Below are positions 25,283-33,535 of a stretch of 33,535 nucleotides of DNA, one piece after another; the stretch's first letter is position 1, and each line of letters starts with the position of its first letter. Source of the stretch: a virus (taxonomy: Duplodnaviria > Caudoviricetes). Both the position numbers and the translations under genes were made by a program. Under the pieces are notes generated by a model. It saw nothing but the letters and a program-made list of their open reading frames with translations. It was not told the DNA's origin and did no database searches. The DNA is taken from positions 1 to 33,535 of IMG/VR virus record IMGVR_UViG_3300013101_000045. One strand, written 5' to 3'.

Positions 25283-25680
25283 CCTTTTACGGCGATCTCG
25301 CCACGACTGCTCTTGGTGTCATAGCCGAGTTCGGGCAGTCGATGACGCTTCGTCACTATCCGAGTGTTCCTGCAGATGAATATTCAGAGACCTACGATCC
25401 TTCTAATCGTGCTGTTTCTGAAAAATCGTCGACTGATTACACGGTTCAGGGGGTTGTAGATGAAGCTGACAAAACCCTGATTGACACTTTCGACAACGAG
25501 GTCGCCAATCTGAACCTCAGTTTAGTCAGGACTGTAACGATTGCCGCCTCTGGGCTTGCGGTGATACCTAAGGCTCAGGACAAACTCCACTTCGATGACC
25601 ACTGGTGGACGGTTTTGGGAAATTCGCCAGTTAATCCAGCAGGAACTACCGTCATCCACACTGTAGGGGTAATCCGCTGA
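25279..25680 (+). CDS. Putative head closure / head-tail joining protein
   Basis: Position; FYGDLATTA..FGQ..YDP..NPAG pattern. Confidence 0.7.
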   Translation: MTFYGDLATTALGVIAEFGQSMTLRHYPSVPADEYSETYDPSNRAVSEKSSTDYTVQGVVDEADKTLIDTFDNEVANLNLSLVRTVTIAASGLAVIPKAQDKLHFDDHWWTVLGNSPVNPAGTTVIHTVGVIR

Positions 25681-26084
25681 TGAGCGGCTCCTTCGAACTT
25701 CAACTCAAAGCGTTTGAGGACAAAGTGCCTGAGGTGATGACGAAAGTCATAAAGAAGGTAGGCCTTGAACTCTATATGCGGATCGTCATTAAGACGCCAG
25801 TTGATACGGGCCGGGCTCGGGGCAACTGGTTGATCGCATCAGGCGTGATCCCCCAGGGCGTTGTTGACACACTCGCAACGGCTCCAAATGTAGCGATGGC
25901 TCTCAGCACCTTGGCAAGCTACGACTCTTTGTCTGGGATGAGCATCTTCATCGCCAACAACCTCGACTACATCAACGCCCTCGAGCACGGCCATTCTGGC
26001 CAGGCGCCCGAGGGGATGGTTCAGCTAACGCTGACCGAATTCGAAGGCATCGTGAAGAAAGCCGCGAAGAAATCCAACCCATGA
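25680..26084 (+). CDS. HK97 gp10-like tail completion protein
   Basis: TPVDTGRARGNW..NNLDYINALEHGHSGQAPEGMV. Confidence 0.9.
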   Translation: MSGSFELQLKAFEDKVPEVMTKVIKKVGLELYMRIVIKTPVDTGRARGNWLIASGVIPQGVVDTLATAPNVAMALSTLASYDSLSGMSIFIANNLDYINALEHGHSGQAPEGMVQLTLTEFEGIVKKAAKKSNP

Positions 26085-26518
26085 GCGTCAACACATTTCA
26101 CGAAATTGGGGCTGCACTTGACGGTCATCTTCGGTCATTGCCTGGGATTCCAGTAGATGGAGCCCGTGTTCTCATTCATTGGGAAAATACTCAGTTTGAG
26201 AAGCCTGATGGGAAGCCGTGGCTCCAAACGAAATTCATGCCGGCCGGCTCAGAAGGACGGAGCCTTGGCGGCAATCCGATCACCAGGGCTCAGGGGATCT
26301 ATCACATCAACGTCTTCGTGCCGTCCGGGTCTGGGCCGAAAGCTGCTGATCATCTAGCTGACAGCATCATGCGCCATTTCAAGAGCGGCATCAGGCCGTC
26401 TCATCAATCAACGACAGTAACGCTGAGAACGCCCTCGAGGGGTTCCGGCATCACCGAAACCGACTGGTATCAGATACCCGTGATGGTGCGCTGGTACAGC
26501 CACACAACGGAACTCTAG
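26081..26518 (+). CDS. Tail terminator-like protein
   Basis: IHWEN..F..P..PWL..GIYHINVFVPSGSG..WYQIPV; precedes the tail tube gene. Confidence 0.8.
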   Translation: MSVNTFHEIGAALDGHLRSLPGIPVDGARVLIHWENTQFEKPDGKPWLQTKFMPAGSEGRSLGGNPITRAQGIYHINVFVPSGSGPKAADHLADSIMRHFKSGIRPSHQSTTVTLRTPSRGSGITETDWYQIPVMVRWYSHTTEL

Positions 26519-26528
26519 GAGGCCCGAA

Positions 26529-27941
26529 ATGGGAAACATTGCTCAATTTGAACTGCACGACATTGGATACGTCGAGGAGGATGCGTACGGCGTCACCCCC
26601 GCGAATCCGACATGGCTGGAACTCTGGCACAACGCGTCGAGCCTGGTACCGAAGCGGACGACGCTGCAGAGTCGCAGGAAACTCGGCAATCGACAGCGTC
26701 CACTTCCGCGGCTTGGGAAGAAGAGGGTCGATGGGAATATCGACTCTGAACTTGCATTCGCCGCATTCGACGATTGGCTGGAGGCGCTGTTTGGTGGCCG
26801 GTTCCCGTCCTCCGCATTCACGCAGGTGGCCGGGATTACCCTGGCCGCGGTCGCCTCATCTCAAACCATCACCGACTCGGGGTCCGGTCTCACCGATGTC
26901 GAGGTTGGCGACTGGATCATTGTCGCCGGGTTCGCAGCGGCGAATAACAACGGTGTTTTCCACGTCTCGGCCGCAGCCGCAGGCGCGATTACCGTCGAGT
27001 ACGGAACGACCCTCACAGACGAATCCGCCGGTGCATCCGTCACAGTCGACCAGCAACTCAGGCTTGAGGCCGGGTCCGACGGCAACGAGGGATTCACGGA
27101 CATCTCCGGGACCACAATCGCCGCAGTTGCGGGAACACAGACCATCACAGACTCAGGCTCCGGTTTTGGAGACGTCGAGGTTGGCGACTGGGTCGTCGTC
27201 GCCGGGTTCGCGGCGTCGAATAACAACGGCATCTTCGAGGTGACTGCTGCTGCGGCCGGTGTAATCACGGTGGCAAGCGGTTCGACGCTCACCGACGAGT
27301 CCGCAACCCCGACGATTACGATCACTCAGAAGCTCGATCGATCGTTCTCGGTCATCGGCAGGTACAAGGACCAAGCCATCTATCACCTCTTCAAGGGCGT
27401 GATGACGAAGACTGGTACCTTCACCGTCGTCCCGGACGACATTAGCAAGGTAAGCCTCGGCCTCCTCGGGGCCGATTTTGACAAGGACGCCACCGCGCCG
27501 TCTGGCCTCACATCCCCCGGGGTGTACGAGCCCTTCGACGCGCTGTCCGGCTCGTTCACCGAGGACGGCTCCGCGGTCTGCATGACGAACCTTGCGTTGA
27601 CCGTCGAGAACAACAACGGGTTGGCCGACAAGTGCCTCGGCACTACGGTCGCCGGTGAGCAGTTCCGGGGTGGGTTCGACATAAGCGGAACCATTAAGTT
27701 CTACTTCAAGGACAACACCCACATCACGAAGTTTTGGGAGGAGAGCGCCATCGCCATCGTGTTCACGCTCAGCGACCCGGACGGGAATCAGTACACGTTC
27801 GGACTCCCGAGCTGCAAGCTGACCGAGCTGGACCTCCCGAAGGGCGAGTCCGACGTCGAGGCCGAGGAAGGTTACAACCTCACAGCTGGCGAGGATCCGA
27901 TCACCGGCGTCACGGTATACCTGATCAAGACCGCTGCGTAG
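26529..27941 (+). CDS. Tail tube protein with two inserted beta-rich domains
   Basis: IGYVEEDAYGVTP..DGNIDSEL..FDDWLEALF..RSFSV..ISGTIKFYF..DPDGNQYTFGLP. Confidence 0.88.
   Translation: MGNIAQFELHDIGYVEEDAYGVTPANPTWLELWHNASSLVPKRTTLQSRRKLGNRQRPLPRLGKKRVDGNIDSELAFAAFDDWLEALFGGRFPSSAFTQVAGITLAAVASSQTITDSGSGLTDVEVGDWIIVAGFAAANNNGVFHVSAAAAGAITVEYGTTLTDESAGASVTVDQQLRLEAGSDGNEGFTDISGTTIAAVAGTQTITDSGSGFGDVEVGDWVVVAGFAASNNNGIFEVTAAAAGVITVASGSTLTDESATPTITITQKLDRSFSVIGRYKDQAIYHLFKGVMTKTGTFTVVPDDISKVSLGLLGADFDKDATAPSGLTSPGVYEPFDALSGSFTEDGSAVCMTNLALTVENNNGLADKCLGTTVAGEQFRGGFDISGTIKFYFKDNTHITKFWEESAIAIVFTLSDPDGNQYTFGLPSCKLTELDLPKGESDVEAEEGYNLTAGEDPITGVTVYLIKTAA
26817..27335 (+). repeat. Duplicated ~81-aa domain in the tail tube (26817-27059 and 27093-27335)
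   Basis: Both copies share QTITDSGSG..DVEVGDW..VAGFAA.NNNG.F.V.AAAAG.ITV..G.TLTDESA. Confidence 0.92.
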
Positions 27942-27949
27942 GGGGCTGA

Positions 27950-28384
27950 ATGAGCAAACAACAGGGAAAAGACCAACAAATCGAGGGCTTCGATTTTGCC
28001 TGTCTCGACACATCAAAGAAGGCAGCGGACGGAGTCGAGTTTGAGCTAAGGCACCCGACCACAGGGGCAATGCTCGACGCGTTCATTACCGTGGTCGGGA
28101 TGGACAGCCAAGCGCACAGGGACGCCAGGGACAAGGCGTCGGAGAAGATCCGGCGTCGCCAGTCCGAGGACGGGAGGAGGGCAAACTCCCCGTCGGACAT
28201 TGACGACCTTAAATTTGAGACTGCAATCGGCGACGTTGTCGGGTGGCGTGGAATCCTCGACCTCGGCGAGGAGGTCGTGTTCAGCAGGCCAAACGTCAGG
28301 AGCATGTTTTTCAGATTCAAGTTCATGGTCGACCAGGTAGGGGAGGCGGTCTACGACCGTAGTCGGTTTCTCCCGGGGGGTTGA
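27950..28384 (+). CDS. Tail assembly chaperone (G)
   Basis: GVEFELRHPTTG..ITVVGMDS..VVGWRG..RSRFL; lies between the tube and tape measure genes. Confidence 0.85.
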   Translation: MSKQQGKDQQIEGFDFACLDTSKKAADGVEFELRHPTTGAMLDAFITVVGMDSQAHRDARDKASEKIRRRQSEDGRRANSPSDIDDLKFETAIGDVVGWRGILDLGEEVVFSRPNVRSMFFRFKFMVDQVGEAVYDRSRFLPGG

Positions 28385-28736
28385 GGCAGAACTATGTCGC
28401 GCCATCCGAGGATTCATCAAACTCAAATCGGAACGCTCGGATGGCGTGACGAGGCGTCAATTTCTGAAAAGGATTTCCAGCGTTGAAGACATTAAAGATG
28501 AATTGCAGTCCGATCAGGTATCTGACCGGGCCTATTACCTGTGGGAGTGGTATTGGGAAGTCAAAATGGCAGCGAACAACGGCATGACAAACGCGATCAC
28601 ATGGACTTCAGTCCTTGACTGGATGCGGGTCACTTGTGAATCAGTGACTCCATGGGAATCACGAGTGATCATAAAAATGGACGCGATCGCCAGGAAGACC
28701 TACGACGAAATGAAGCCAGCGAAGCCGGTGAAATAG
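28380..28736 (+). CDS. Tail assembly chaperone C-terminal extension (T), probably made by frameshift
   Basis: Open frame from 28380 reads VEAELCRAIRGFIKLK..DGVTRRQFL..YYLWEWYWEV..ITWTSVLDW..PWE..MD; no clear RBS at GTG 28446. Confidence 0.75.
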   Translation, partial: VEAELCRAIRGFIKLKSERSDGVTRRQFLKRISSVEDIKDELQSDQVSDRAYYLWEWYWEVKMAANNGMTNAITWTSVLDWMRVTCESVTPWESRVIIKMDAIARKTYDEMKPAKPVK

Positions 28737-31700
28737 ATGCCTGTTGATGTAGCAACCCTCGTCGTTAAGGTCACCCCGAAAGGTGTAGCCAGTACCAAGG
28801 CTCAGCTCAAGGGACTCAAAGAAGAGGGCGGGAAAGCCGGGAGCGCGATAGACGGGCTCGGGAAGAAGTTTGCTGTTCTTGGTGCTGCGGTTGCTGCAGC
28901 CGGCATTGCTTACGGTATCAAGAAGATGATCGACCTCGGCGCCGCAGTCATCAACACCGGCAAAATGTTCGAGACGCTCGGTGTACAGATGACCACTGCG
29001 ATGGGGTCAATTGCTGCTGGCAAGACGGCTACGGATTGGATCGAGAAGTTCACTCTCGACACTCCGTACCAGCTCGGCCAAGTCAGCACCGCGTTCATTC
29101 AGTTGAAAAACTTCGGCATCGACCCCATGGGCGGGGCGATGCAGGCGGTCGCGGACCAAACGTCGGCTCTTGGTGGAAAGCAGGAGACGATGACTGGGAT
29201 CGTCCTGGCCCTCGGGAAAGCGTTTTCGAAGGGAAAACTCGAAGGCGAGGAGTGGAACTCCCTTATGGAGAAGGGCGTTCCGGTATCGACCTACCTGTCG
29301 GACGCGCTCGGCGTCACCGAAAGCAAACTGCTCGACATGCGCTCGGCTGGTGAGCTTGGTCGTGAGGAGATCGAGTTGCTCATCGAGAAGATGGGCGAGA
29401 TGACTAGCGGCGCGTCCAACGCCCTGATGGACACCTTCGAGGGCAAGTGGTCCAACTTGCAGGATGCAATCAGCGCGACGTTGAACGAGATCTCCAAGGC
29501 TGGTGCCCTCGACGGAGCAACTGACGCCCTGGCGGCGATGATAGACGTCTTGGCCGAGCTGGATCCGGAGGCGTTACAGGCTTTTGGCGAGGCGATGGGT
29601 GCGTTCTTCGAGGCAGTGACCGAGACGGCTGGGCTCATCGAGGATGCAATGCCAATCCTCAACGACCTGATTTTGTTCTTCTCGAAGATGGCGAAGACGA
29701 AATTCAAAAATATGTCAACGGGTATTGATGCCATTGGAAAAGGAATCGCCAAGGCGGGGAAAGCCGCATTCGACGGCAAGGGGGCGTTCGGCCAGTTCCT
29801 CTCGTTCATCGACGGCATCGACGACATCGACGTCGTGCCGGTAACCGAACTCGGCGACGAGGTGGGGGAGGTGGCCGTTGCCACCGACCTAATGAACGCT
29901 GCGATGACGGCAGCTCCCGATCTCACGGAGGACGTGACTGACGCGAGTAAGGACCTCAAGGACGAGCTGGAGGCAATCAAGAAACACGAGGAGGACCTTG
30001 CCGCCCTGAGGACCACCGAGGAAGCGAACATCACGGCGTACGCAGCCGCGATCGCCCAGCTGGCGAAGGACACCGGGGCCGCGGCCGTGAACTCTGGCGA
30101 CTTGACGGACGCGGCGGCCACGGCCGCGACCAACACGGGAACACTAGGGACAGCCGCCGGCACGGCCGCTGTGAACACCGGAGACCTCGGGACAGCGGCG
30201 GCCACGGCCGCGACCAACACGGGGGACCTCGGGGAGGCCGCCGGTACGGCTGCGACGAACGCCGGGACGATGGCAAGCGACGTCGCCACGGCCGCGACCA
30301 ATACGGGGACCCTCGGCGCAAATGCGGCTACGGCTGCGACGAACACCGGGACCCTGGCCGGGAAGTTCAACCTCGCAGAGACCGGAGCGTACGACTACGC
30401 CGAGGACACGGTCACGTTGTCCGATAACGTTTGGGAGCTGAACGACGCGCAGTTGGCCGCGATCGCAGCCGAGCGAGACATCCTGGCCGCGATGACGGAC
30501 TCCGAGGCCATCGCCGAGGTATATCTCGACGAGATCGAGGCAGGTGCTCAGAAATTCAAGGACACGACGGCGGAGCAGGTTGACCTCACGGCGGCCGTCA
30601 ACGCCGGATACCTCGCAATAGTTGCCATTACTCCAGAAGCCAACGCGGCCGCGAAGGCGTGGTTGCAGTACAAGAAGGACGTCAAGGACGCGGCGGCGTG
30701 GACCGCCGCCCTCAGCACGTCGATCACCGGCAGCCTCCTCGGGGCCATGCACAGCCTCGTGGACGACCTCGCCTCCGGGGCATTCACCGGACTGGGGGAT
30801 GCCTTCGGCGACCTCTTCGGGGAGATCGGAGCCAACTCCGCCCACGCCATGATCAACGCCTTCATGGACGAGATGACCGGCGGCGCGATGGGCGGGTGGG
30901 ACGCGTACCTCGACAGCGTGCGCGGCGTCATGAACCCGGACACCGGGCAGCGCGAGGGTGGCATGTCCGTAGGCAGCCGGGCGATGATGGGTGCTGGTGG
31001 AGCGTATGGCATTTACCAAGCCACGCAGATGGAGGACCAGGGAGCTGCAGCCCTCCAGGGGGCGATCTCCGGCGCTTCCCTCGGGACCGCCATCCTCCCG
31101 GGGATCGGGACCGCGATCGGCGCGGTCGTCGGAGGATTGATAGGGTATTTCGGCAGCGGTGCCCCGGACGAACCGACCACGGCGATTGACACCGGCGTCG
31201 GCGGGTTCGGCGGCTCGGTCTACGCGTACCACCAGGGGTACGGCGCGGCCGGAATCAGCGGGGCGACCCAGTCGGCCAACAGGCAGATTCACGAGGTCTA
31301 TCGGACGTTCCTTACCTCGTGGCGCGACCTCGTTAAGCAATTCAACGACCCGACGCTGTGGGAGGGGTTCGAGTTCCCGACTATCGTCTTCGACGAGGTA
31401 GAGATGTCGCTCAACGACGCGATGACGTACATCTCCACGGTGGGCATTCCGGACGCGATGAGGGAGGCGTTCGGGGGGATGCTCGAAGCCGGATTCGCTG
31501 ACCTCGGGGTCGACGCCGCGTTCACGGAGGCGCTGTTCCGCGAGGTCGGCATGTACACCGGCGACCAGCAGATCGAGGCGATCGAGGCCGTCATCGGAGC
31601 ACTGGTCGGCCTCAAGGGAATCGAGGGCTCGACGTTCCAGGGCATCTCCGATATGCTCGATATGTCGTCGATGGACACGTTCAACCAGGGGGCGTCCGAG

Positions 31701-32624
31701 TTGGTCGACAGCTTCGACATGATGTCCTTCGGGTTCGAGCACATGACGCTGTCCGAGAGGGCTCGTGAGGTTCAGAACCTCGCCGGGGCGTTTGGCCAGT
31801 TCGAGCAGGCGACCCTGCAGATGCTCGGCCAGATCGAGAACGCCAGGGGGTCGATCGATTCGATGTTTGGGGGAATGAGGGAGGACATCGAACTCGATGC
31901 GATGGGGTCCGATGTTGAACGCGGGTACTACATCAAGAATATGATCCGCGATTTGATGGACGACCTTCGGCACGCCACGACGACCGAGGACGTCATGGGC
32001 ATCACGTCCGACATCAACAAGTACCTCGGGATGCTGCGTGGTCTCGACATCGACACACTCGGTGGGATGGGGATCGACGAGATAGCACTCGGGTTCCTGA
32101 CCCGTGCCGGGGATACGGCACAGCAGCGCCTCGACCTGATCGAGGAGCAGGTCGAGGAGCAGTACGACGCAGTTAGGCAGGCAGCCCTCGACCTCGGCGA
32201 GGAGTTCGTCGACCTACAGGACATCATCGCGAATTTCGGCGCGTGGTTCACCGAGACGTTCACCGGGAACAACGGATCTGGGGACGACTCGAATTGGGAG
32301 GACCCCGGGGTCCCGCCGGGCGGGAAGAGGGGCAAGGTCGGGGATGTGGAAGGCGACGACGAGTACTACGGGCTGGAGGCCGGTGCCATCAACGGCGAGC
32401 CGGACGTGTACGGCATACCCAAAAGCGACGTCCTGGTCGACTCGGACATCAGGTTGATGGTCCTGTCCGAGTCGATGCGGCAGACGTCACTCCTCTCCGA
32501 GCACTCCAGCCTCCTCCGCCAACTCGTGACGCAGGGCGGTCGGCCGGTCGTGGTTAACATCCCGGGGGGGCCGACCCCGAGGACACCCCCGAGGGTTCCG
32601 AGTGCCGGATCGGCGGTGTATTGA
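28737..32624 (+). CDS. Tape measure protein (1295 aa)
   Basis: N-terminal tape-measure domain (TPYQLGQV..FIQLKNFG..GKLEGEEWNSLMEKGVP..GKWSNLQD), Ala/Gly-rich body and Gly-zipper hydrophobic segment. Confidence 0.93.
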   Translation: MPVDVATLVVKVTPKGVASTKAQLKGLKEEGGKAGSAIDGLGKKFAVLGAAVAAAGIAYGIKKMIDLGAAVINTGKMFETLGVQMTTAMGSIAAGKTATDWIEKFTLDTPYQLGQVSTAFIQLKNFGIDPMGGAMQAVADQTSALGGKQETMTGIVLALGKAFSKGKLEGEEWNSLMEKGVPVSTYLSDALGVTESKLLDMRSAGELGREEIELLIEKMGEMTSGASNALMDTFEGKWSNLQDAISATLNEISKAGALDGATDALAAMIDVLAELDPEALQAFGEAMGAFFEAVTETAGLIEDAMPILNDLILFFSKMAKTKFKNMSTGIDAIGKGIAKAGKAAFDGKGAFGQFLSFIDGIDDIDVVPVTELGDEVGEVAVATDLMNAAMTAAPDLTEDVTDASKDLKDELEAIKKHEEDLAALRTTEEANITAYAAAIAQLAKDTGAAAVNSGDLTDAAATAATNTGTLGTAAGTAAVNTGDLGTAAATAATNTGDLGEAAGTAATNAGTMASDVATAATNTGTLGANAATAATNTGTLAGKFNLAETGAYDYAEDTVTLSDNVWELNDAQLAAIAAERDILAAMTDSEAIAEVYLDEIEAGAQKFKDTTAEQVDLTAAVNAGYLAIVAITPEANAAAKAWLQYKKDVKDAAAWTAALSTSITGSLLGAMHSLVDDLASGAFTGLGDAFGDLFGEIGANSAHAMINAFMDEMTGGAMGGWDAYLDSVRGVMNPDTGQREGGMSVGSRAMMGAGGAYGIYQATQMEDQGAAALQGAISGASLGTAILPGIGTAIGAVVGGLIGYFGSGAPDEPTTAIDTGVGGFGGSVYAYHQGYGAAGISGATQSANRQIHEVYRTFLTSWRDLVKQFNDPTLWEGFEFPTIVFDEVEMSLNDAMTYISTVGIPDAMREAFGGMLEAGFADLGVDAAFTEALFREVGMYTGDQQIEAIEAVIGALVGLKGIEGSTFQGISDMLDMSSMDTFNQGASELVDSFDMMSFGFEHMTLSERAREVQNLAGAFGQFEQATLQMLGQIENARGSIDSMFGGMREDIELDAMGSDVERGYYIKNMIRDLMDDLRHATTTEDVMGITSDINKYLGMLRGLDIDTLGGMGIDEIALGFLTRAGDTAQQRLDLIEEQVEEQYDAVRQAALDLGEEFVDLQDIIANFGAWFTETFTGNNGSGDDSNWEDPGVPPGGKRGKVGDVEGDDEYYGLEAGAINGEPDVYGIPKSDVLVDSDIRLMVLSESMRQTSLLSEHSSLLRQLVTQGGRPVVVNIPGGPTPRTPPRVPSAGSAVY
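30081..30374 (+). repeat. Seven tandem 42-bp (14-aa) repeats in the tape measure gene
   Basis: AAVNSGDLTDAAAT/AATNTGTLGTAAGT/AAVNTGDLGTAAAT/AATNTGDLGEAAGT/AATNAGTMASDVAT/AATNTGTLGANAAT/AATNTGTLAGKFNL. Confidence 0.92.
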
Positions 32625-33433
32625 TGTACCTAACACACGAGATCCGGGAGTTGCTGAGGGAGAACGCGGGTCGCGGACTCTTCGCGGTCTCGATAGAACA
32701 CTCGTCCGGCACACTCCGATATTGCACCGGGGACAGGAGCGTCGAAATATCCTCGGAGTGGTTCACCCCGAGGGGTATGTCGCTGCCGAAACTCAACATT
32801 GCGACCGGTGACACCTCGGCGAGGATCGCAATCGCCGACCACCCGGAAGATCCGGAAGCCCTCGAACGCCTCCACTACGCGTCCCGCTTTTCCGGTGGAC
32901 TGATGTGGTGGCACTTCCTCGTGTGGGCAGACGACGGCTCCGGATGGAACGAGGTCTACTCCCACGCGTGGACGATCAAGCAATGCACGAAGTCGGAGCG
33001 CGTAGCGGAGTTTGAATTTATCCTCTCTGGCGCCACCGGGACGTATCCGAGGGCCGGACTTGAGGTCATCGGCCGCGGGTGTGGCCTGACCTACGGCAAC
33101 GCCCTGTGCGGCGGGACGACCGGCACCTACAAGAGCTGCGACGGCTCGATGGCCGACTGCGTGCTCAGGGGTCGGGAGGCGTCGTACCGGGGAGCCGTCC
33201 TCGCCCCGGAGCCGGGGCACGAGATCGAGTTCTTCTACCGGGAGGCGTCGTACGGTGTTGGCTCAACATATTACGTGCCACCCCCACCACCCGGGGGGGA
33301 GGACCACGGCAATACTGGGTCGGATACCGCCAATAAACCAGTAATCAACAGGCCGAGCGACGCAGTCAGCGACGGGGACACGGCTGACGTCTTCGGCGGC
33401 TGGATCAACCCAGGCCAGACGGAAGCAATGTAA
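32624..33433 (+). CDS. Tail tip / baseplate hub-like protein with four-Cys motif (lambda gpL / BR0599-like)
   Basis: GCGLTYGNALCG..SCDGSMADC..YRG; TGATG coupling to the tape measure gene. Confidence 0.65.
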   Translation: MYLTHEIRELLRENAGRGLFAVSIEHSSGTLRYCTGDRSVEISSEWFTPRGMSLPKLNIATGDTSARIAIADHPEDPEALERLHYASRFSGGLMWWHFLVWADDGSGWNEVYSHAWTIKQCTKSERVAEFEFILSGATGTYPRAGLEVIGRGCGLTYGNALCGGTTGTYKSCDGSMADCVLRGREASYRGAVLAPEPGHEIEFFYREASYGVGSTYYVPPPPPGGEDHGNTGSDTANKPVINRPSDAVSDGDTADVFGGWINPGQTEAM

Positions 33434-33535
33434 ATGAGCATCGAAAGGATCTTCCCCACGCAGATATGCTTCGAGGACGGATTGCTGATCTCGACAGAAC
33501 AACCGGACGCGATCAAGAACAGGTCGCCGTTCGGG
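33434..33535 (+). CDS. Truncated tail gene (5' part only)
   Basis: ATG immediately after the previous TAA; open to the window end (MSIERIFPTQICFEDG...). Confidence 0.55.
   Translation, partial: MSIERIFPTQICFEDGLLISTEQPDAIKNRSPFG

Larger units (their letters stand above)
1..33535. mobile_element. Temperate siphovirus-like prophage, left part, integrated at tRNA-Glu
   Basis: att fragment, integrase, cI/cro switch, replication, packaging, head and tail modules in canonical order; no tail sheath gene; continues past the window end. Confidence 0.95.

Noticed and set aside
26817-27335. Diversity-generating retroelement TR/VR pair
   Set aside because: Both copies are in-frame within one gene, the differences are not adenine-specific, and there is no reverse transcriptase in the window.
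28370-28449. Standard -1 frameshift for the tail chaperone
   Set aside because: The -1 frame stops after about 22 codons and does not reach the T domain.
30081-30374. CRISPR array
   Set aside because: The units are contiguous, in-frame and degenerate with no unique spacers, and there are no cas genes.
29291-31973. Long antisense ORFs (359 aa and 609 aa) opposite the tape measure gene
   Set aside because: These are expected by-products of GC-rich codon bias and the repeats; no recognisable motifs.
1-33535. Host taxonomy assignment and alternative genetic code
   Set aside because: The host cannot be assigned from sequence alone. Genes read normally with TAA, TAG and TGA all used as stops.

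Overview
The window is the left ~33.5 kb of a GC-rich temperate siphovirus-type prophage. It starts at an attachment site, which is the displaced 3' half of a tRNA-Glu(TTC) gene on the minus strand. A leftward lysogeny operon follows (CI-like repressor, membrane protein, lipoprotein, small ORF, tyrosine integrase), then a lambda-like cI/cro switch with three operator-like palindromes. The rightward early region holds Cro, a CII-like protein, an excisionase and a non-coding RNA cluster. That cluster is a complete phage-borne tmRNA (5731-6078, tag AEPQLKMAA) flanked by three strongly structured, unassigned RNA candidates. Recombination and replication genes come next: HNH, SbcD/SbcC, DUF5131 radical SAM, SNF2 helicase, an initiator with a C-terminal DnaA-domain-I-like region, and a RuvC-like resolvase. 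The late region runs terS, terL, portal, Mu-F, scaffold, P22-type coat, head-tail genes, a tail tube with a duplicated insert domain, chaperones joined by a probable +1/-2 frameshift, tape measure and a hub-like protein. The tail tip, lysis genes and the other att site lie beyond the window. All product calls come from motif recognition by eye; no database search was run.
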